Below are positions 58,937 through 64,000 of a stretch of 64,000 nt of DNA, one piece after another. The DNA is from Nemertoderma westbladi. Taxonomy: Eukaryota > Animalia > Xenacoelomorpha. The stretch covers positions 1 through 64,000 of the forward strand of contig JAUCBJ010001840.1 in the NCBI GenBank assembly GCA_032718475.1, read 5' to 3'. The notes under the pieces are model-generated. The model did no database searches. It had not been told where the DNA came from and saw only the letters and a list, made by a program, of their open reading frames with translations. A program made the position numbers and the translations under genes. Position 1 is the stretch's first letter. The number at the start of each line of letters is the position of its first letter.

Positions 58937-61900
58937 CAGGGTATTTCTATTAAAAACGACAGGTGCTGAGTAAGAGAAGGAGCGAGCACCAAAGGATACT
59001 AGGTTAAAAACGACAGTTGCTGAGTAAGAGGAGGAGTGAGCGCCAAAGGATACTAGGTTGTAACGGGGTATTTCTAATAAAAACGACAGGTGCTGAGTAC
59101 GAGAAGGGCGAGCACCAAAGGATACTAGGTTGTAATGGGGTATTTTTATTAAAAACGATAGGTGCTGAGTAACAGAAAGAGCGAGTGCCAAAGGATACAA
59201 GGTTGTAACGGGGTATTTCTATTAAAAACAACAGGTGCTGAGTACGAGAAGGAGCGAGCGCCAAAGGGTACTAGGTTATAACAGGGTATTTATATTAAAA
59301 ACGACAGGTGCTGAGTAAGAGAAAGAGCGAGCACCAAAGGATACTAGGTTAAAAACGACAGTTGCTGAGTAAGAGGAGGAGTGAGCGCCAAAGGATACTA
59401 GGTTGTAACAGGGTATTTCTAATAAAAACGACAGGTGCTGAGTACGAGAAGGAGCGAGCACCAAAGGATACTACGTTAAAAACGACAGTTGCTGAGTAAG
59501 AGGAGGAGTGAGTGCCAAAGGATACTAGGTTGTAACGGGGTATTTCTAATAAAAACGACAGGTGCTGAGTAAGAGAAGGAGCGAGCGCCAACTGATACTA
59601 GGTTGTAACGGGGTATTTCTATTAAAAACGACAGGTGCTGCTTATGAGAAGGAGCGAGCGCCAAAGAATACTAGGTTGTAATGGGGTATTTCTATTAAAA
59701 ACAACAGGTGCTGAGTACGAGAAGGTGCGAGCGCCAAAGGGTACTAGGTTATAACAGGGTATTTCTATTAAAAACGACAGGTGCTGAGTAAGAGAAGGAG
59801 CGAGCACCAAAGGATACTAGGTTAAAAACGACAGTTGCTGAGTAAGAGGATGAGTGAGCGCCAAAGGATACTAGATTGTAACAGGGTATTTCTAATAAAA
59901 ACGACAGGTGCTGAGTAAGAGAAGGAGCGAGTGCCAAAGGATACTAGGTTGTAACGGGGTATTTTTATTAAAAACGACAGGTGCTGAGTAAGAGAAGGAG
60001 CGAGCGCCAAAGGATACTAGATTGTAACGAGGTATTTCTAATAAAAACGACAGGTGCTGAATACGAGAAGGAGCGAGCGCTGAAGGATACTAGGTTGTAA
60101 CGGGGTATTTTTATTAAAAACGACAGGTGCTGAGTAAGAGGAGGAGTGAGCGCCAAAGGATACTAAGTTGTAACGGGGTATTTCTAATAAAAACGACAGG
60201 TGCTGAATACGAGAAAGAGTGAGTGCCAAATGGTTACTAGGTTGTAACAGGGTATTTCTATTAAAAACGACAGGTGCTGAGTAAGAGAAGGAGCGAGCAC
60301 CAAAGGATACTAGGTTAAAAACGACAGTTGCTGAGTAAGAGGAGGAGTGAGCGCCAAAGGATACTAGGTTGTAACGGGGTATTTCTAATAAAAACGACAG
60401 GTGCTGAGTACGAGAAGGAGCGAGCACCAAAGGATACTAGGTTGTAATGGGGTATTTTTATTAAAACGAAAGGTGCTGAGTAAGAGAAGGAGCGAGCGCC
60501 AAAGGATACTAGGTTGTAACGTGGTATTTCTATTAAAAACGATAGGTGCTGGTGCTGAGTAACAGAAGGAGCGAGTGCCAAAGGATACTAGGTTGTAATG
60601 GGAGGATTTTTATTAAAAACGACAGGTGCTGAGTAAGAGAAGGAGCGAGTGCCAAAGGATACTAGGTTGTAATGGGGTATTTTAATTAAAAACGATAAGT
60701 GTTGAGTAAGAGAAGGAGCGAGTGCCAAAGGATACTAGGTTGTAATGGGGTATTTTTATTAAAAACGACAGGTGCTGAGTAAGAGAAGGAGCGAGTGCCA
60801 AATGATACTAGGTTGTAACAGGGTATTTTTATTAAAAACGACAGGTGCTGAGTACGAGAAGGAGCGAGTGCCAAAGGATACTAGGTTGTAATGGGGTATT
60901 TTTTATTAAAACGACAGGTGCTGAGTAAGAGAAGGAGTGAGTGCCAAAGGATACTAGGTTATAACAGGGTTTTCCTATTAAAAACGACAGGTGCTGCTTA
61001 TGAGAAGGAGCGAGTGCCAAAGAATACTAGGTTGTAACGGGGTATTTCTATTAAAAACGACAGGTGCTGAGTAAGAGAAGGAGCGAGTGCCAAAGGATAC
61101 TAGGTTGTAACGGGGTATTTCTATTAAAAACGACAGGTGCTGAGTAAGAGAAGGAGCGATTGCCAAAGGATACTAGGTTGTAACGGGGTATTTCTATTAA
61201 AAACGACAGGTGCTGCTTATGAGAAGGAGCGAGCGTCAAAGAATACTAGGTTGTAACAGGGTATTTCTATTAAAAATGACAGGTGCTGGGTAAGAGAAGG
61301 AGCGAGCACCAAAGGATACTAGGTTGTAACAGGGTATTTCTATTAAAAACGATGGGTGCTGAGTAAGAGATGGAGCGAGCGCCAAAGGATACCAGGTTGT
61401 AACGGGGTATTTTTATTAAAAACGACAGGTGCTGAGTAAGAGAAGGAGTGAGCGCCAAAGGTTAATAGGTTGTAATGGGGTATTTCTATTAAAAACGATG
61501 GGTGCTGAGTAAGAGAAGGACCGAGCGCCAAAGGATACTAGGTTGTAATGGGGTATTTCTATTAAAAACGATGGGTGTTGAGTAAGAGAAGGAGCGAGCG
61601 CCAAAGGATACTAGGTTGTAATGGGGTATTTCTATTAAAAACAATGGGTGTTGAGTAAGAGAAGGAGCGAGTGCCAAAGGATACTAGGTTGTAACGGGGT
61701 ATTTCTGTTAAAAACGATGGGTGCTGAGTAAGAGAAGGACCGAGCGCCAAAGGATACTAGGTTGTAATGGGGTATTTCTATTAAAAACGATGGGTGTTGA
61801 GTAAGAAAAGGAGCGAGCGCCAAAGGATACTAGGTTGTAACGGGGTATTTCTGTTAAAAACGATGGGTGCTGAGTAAGAGAAGGACCGAGCGCCAAAGGA

Positions 61901-64000
61901 TACTAGGTTGTAATGGGGTATTTCTATTAAAAACGATGGGTGTTGAGTAAGAGAAGGAGCGAGCGCCAAAGGATACTAGGTTGTAATGGGGTATTTCTGT
62001 TAAAAACGATGGGTGCTGAGTAAGAGAAGGAGCGAGCGCCAAAGGATACTAGGTTGTAATGGGGTATTTCTATTAAAAACAATGGGTGTTGAGTAAGAGA
62101 AGGAGCGAGCGCCAAAGGATACTAGGTTGTAACGGGGTATTTCTGTTAAAAACGATGGGTGCTGAGTAAGAGAAGGACCGAGCGCCAAAGGATACTAGGT
62201 TGTAATGGGGTATTACTATTAAAAACGATGGGTGTTGAGTAAGAGAAGGAGCGAGCGCCAAAGGATACTAGGTTGTAACGGGGTATTTCTGTTAAAAACG
62301 ATGGGTGTTGAGTAAGAGAAGGAGCGAGCGCCAAAGGATACTAGGTTGTAATGGGGTATTTCTATTAAAAACGATGGGTGTTGAGTAAGAGAAGGAGCGA
62401 GCGCCTAAGGATACTAGGTTGTAATGGGGTATTTCTATTAAAAACGATGGGTGTTGAATAAGAGAAGGAGCGAGCGCCAAAGGATGCTAGGTTGTAACGG
62501 GGTATTTCTATTGAAAACGACAGGTGCTGAGTAAGAGATGGAGCGAGCGCCAAAGGATACTAGGTTGTAATGGGGTATTTTTATTAAAAACGATAGGTGC
62601 TGAGTAAGAGAAGGAGCGAGTGCCAAAGGATACTAGGTTGTAATGGGGTATTTTTATTAAAAACGATAGGTGCTGAGTAAGAGAAGGAGCGAGCGCCAAA
62701 GGATACTAGGTTGTAACGGGGTATTTCTATTAAAAACGATAGGTGCTGAGTAAGAGAAGGAGCGAGCACCAAAGGATACTAGGTTGTAACGGGGTATTTC
62801 TATTGAAAACGACAGGTGCTGAGTAAGAGATGGAGCGAGCGCCAAAGGATACTAGGTTGTAATGGGGTATTTTTATTAAAAACGATAGGTGCTGAGTAAG
62901 AGAAGGAGCGAGTGCCAAAGGATACTAGGTTGTAATGGGGTATTTTTATTAAAAACGATAGGTGCTGAGTAAGAGAAGGAGCGAGTGCCAAAGGATACTA
63001 GGTTGTAACAGGGTATTTCTATTAAAAACGATGGGTGCTGAGTAAGAGATGGAGCGAGCACCAAAGCATACTAGGTTGTAACGGGGTATTTCTATTGAAA
63101 ACGACAGGTGCTGAGTAAGAGATTGAGCGAGCGCCAAAGGATACTAGGTTGTAATGGGGTATTTTTATTAAAAACGATAGGTGCTGAGTAAGAGAAGGAG
63201 CGAGCGCCAAAGGATACTAGGTTGTAACGGGGTATTTCTATTAAAAACGATAGGTGCTGAGTAAGAGAAGGAGCGAGCACCAAAGGATACTAGGTTGTAA
63301 CGGGGTATTTTTTATTAAAAACGATAGGTGCTGAGTAACAGAAGGAGCGAGTGCCAAAGGATACAAGGTTGTAACGGGGTATTTCTATTAAAAACAACAG
63401 GTGCTGAGTACGAGAAGGAGCGAGCGCCAAAGGGTACTAGGTTATAACAGGGTATTTCTATTAAAAACGACAGGTGCTGAGTAAGAGAAGGAGCGAGCAC
63501 CAAAGGATACTAGGTTGTAATGGGGTATTTCTATTAAAAACGATGGGTGTTGAGTAAGAGAAGGAGCGAGCGCCTAAGGATACTAGGTTGTAATGGGGTA
63601 TTTCTATTAAAAACGATGGGTGTTGAGTAAGAGAAGGAGCGAGCGCCAAAGGGTACTAGGTTATAACAGGGTATTTCTATTAAAAACGACAGGTGTTGAG
63701 TAAGAGAAGGAGTGAGTGCCAACGGATACTAGGTTGTAATGGGGTATTTCTATTAAAAACGATGGGTGTTGAGTAAGAGAAGGAGCGAGCGCCTAAGGAT
63801 ACTAGGTTGTAATGGGGTAATTCTATTAAAAACGATGGGTGTTGAGTAAGAGAAGGAGCGAGCGCCAAAGGATGCTAGGTTGTAACGGGGTATTTCTATT
63901 GAAAACGACAGGTGCTGAGTAAGAGATGGAGCGAGCGCCAAAGGATACTAGGTTGTAATGGGGTATTTTTATTAAAAACGATAGGTGCTGAGTAAGAGAA
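58937..64000. repeat. 73-bp satellite array, right arm (runs off the window)
   Basis: Same consensus as 44310-46825; regular 73-bp period after ~60600. Confidence 0.97.

Noticed and set aside
58937-64000. CRISPR array or multigene family suggested by many 62-aa ORFs
   Set aside because: Contiguous 73-bp monomers with no unique spacers, no cas genes, eukaryotic context; the ORFs are artefacts of a period not divisible by 3

Overview
Eukaryotic (invertebrate-like, AT-rich) heterochromatin-type window made almost entirely of nested transposable elements, with no confident host gene. It holds two LTR-bounded BEL/Pao retrotransposons on the minus strand. BEL-1 (13178-25243) is non-autonomous: Gag-protease is fused in frame to small pol remnants and is followed by two extra 3' ORFs, one with a CCHC zinc knuckle. 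BEL-2 (46826-58936) is near-intact, with 602-bp LTRs about 99% identical, a CAGGG TSD and non-canonical TA..TA termini. Also present: a solo LTR related to BEL-1, a decayed third BEL element, a dead RTE LINE plus fragments, CR1/L2 and CRE remnants, TTAA piggyBac-type and other MITEs, an IS3EU-like foldback element, and a 73-bp satellite derived from a LINE ORF2 C-terminus. Main candidate discovery: neither LTR-bounded BEL element has a tRNA-type (TGG) primer-binding site. In each, the 11 nt directly after the 5' LTR are the exact reverse complement of an 11-mer inside its own LTR, and the 11-mers differ between the two families. This is the signature of Tf1-like self-primed reverse transcription, here in BEL/Pao elements. 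All comparisons were made by eye; no database searches were run.
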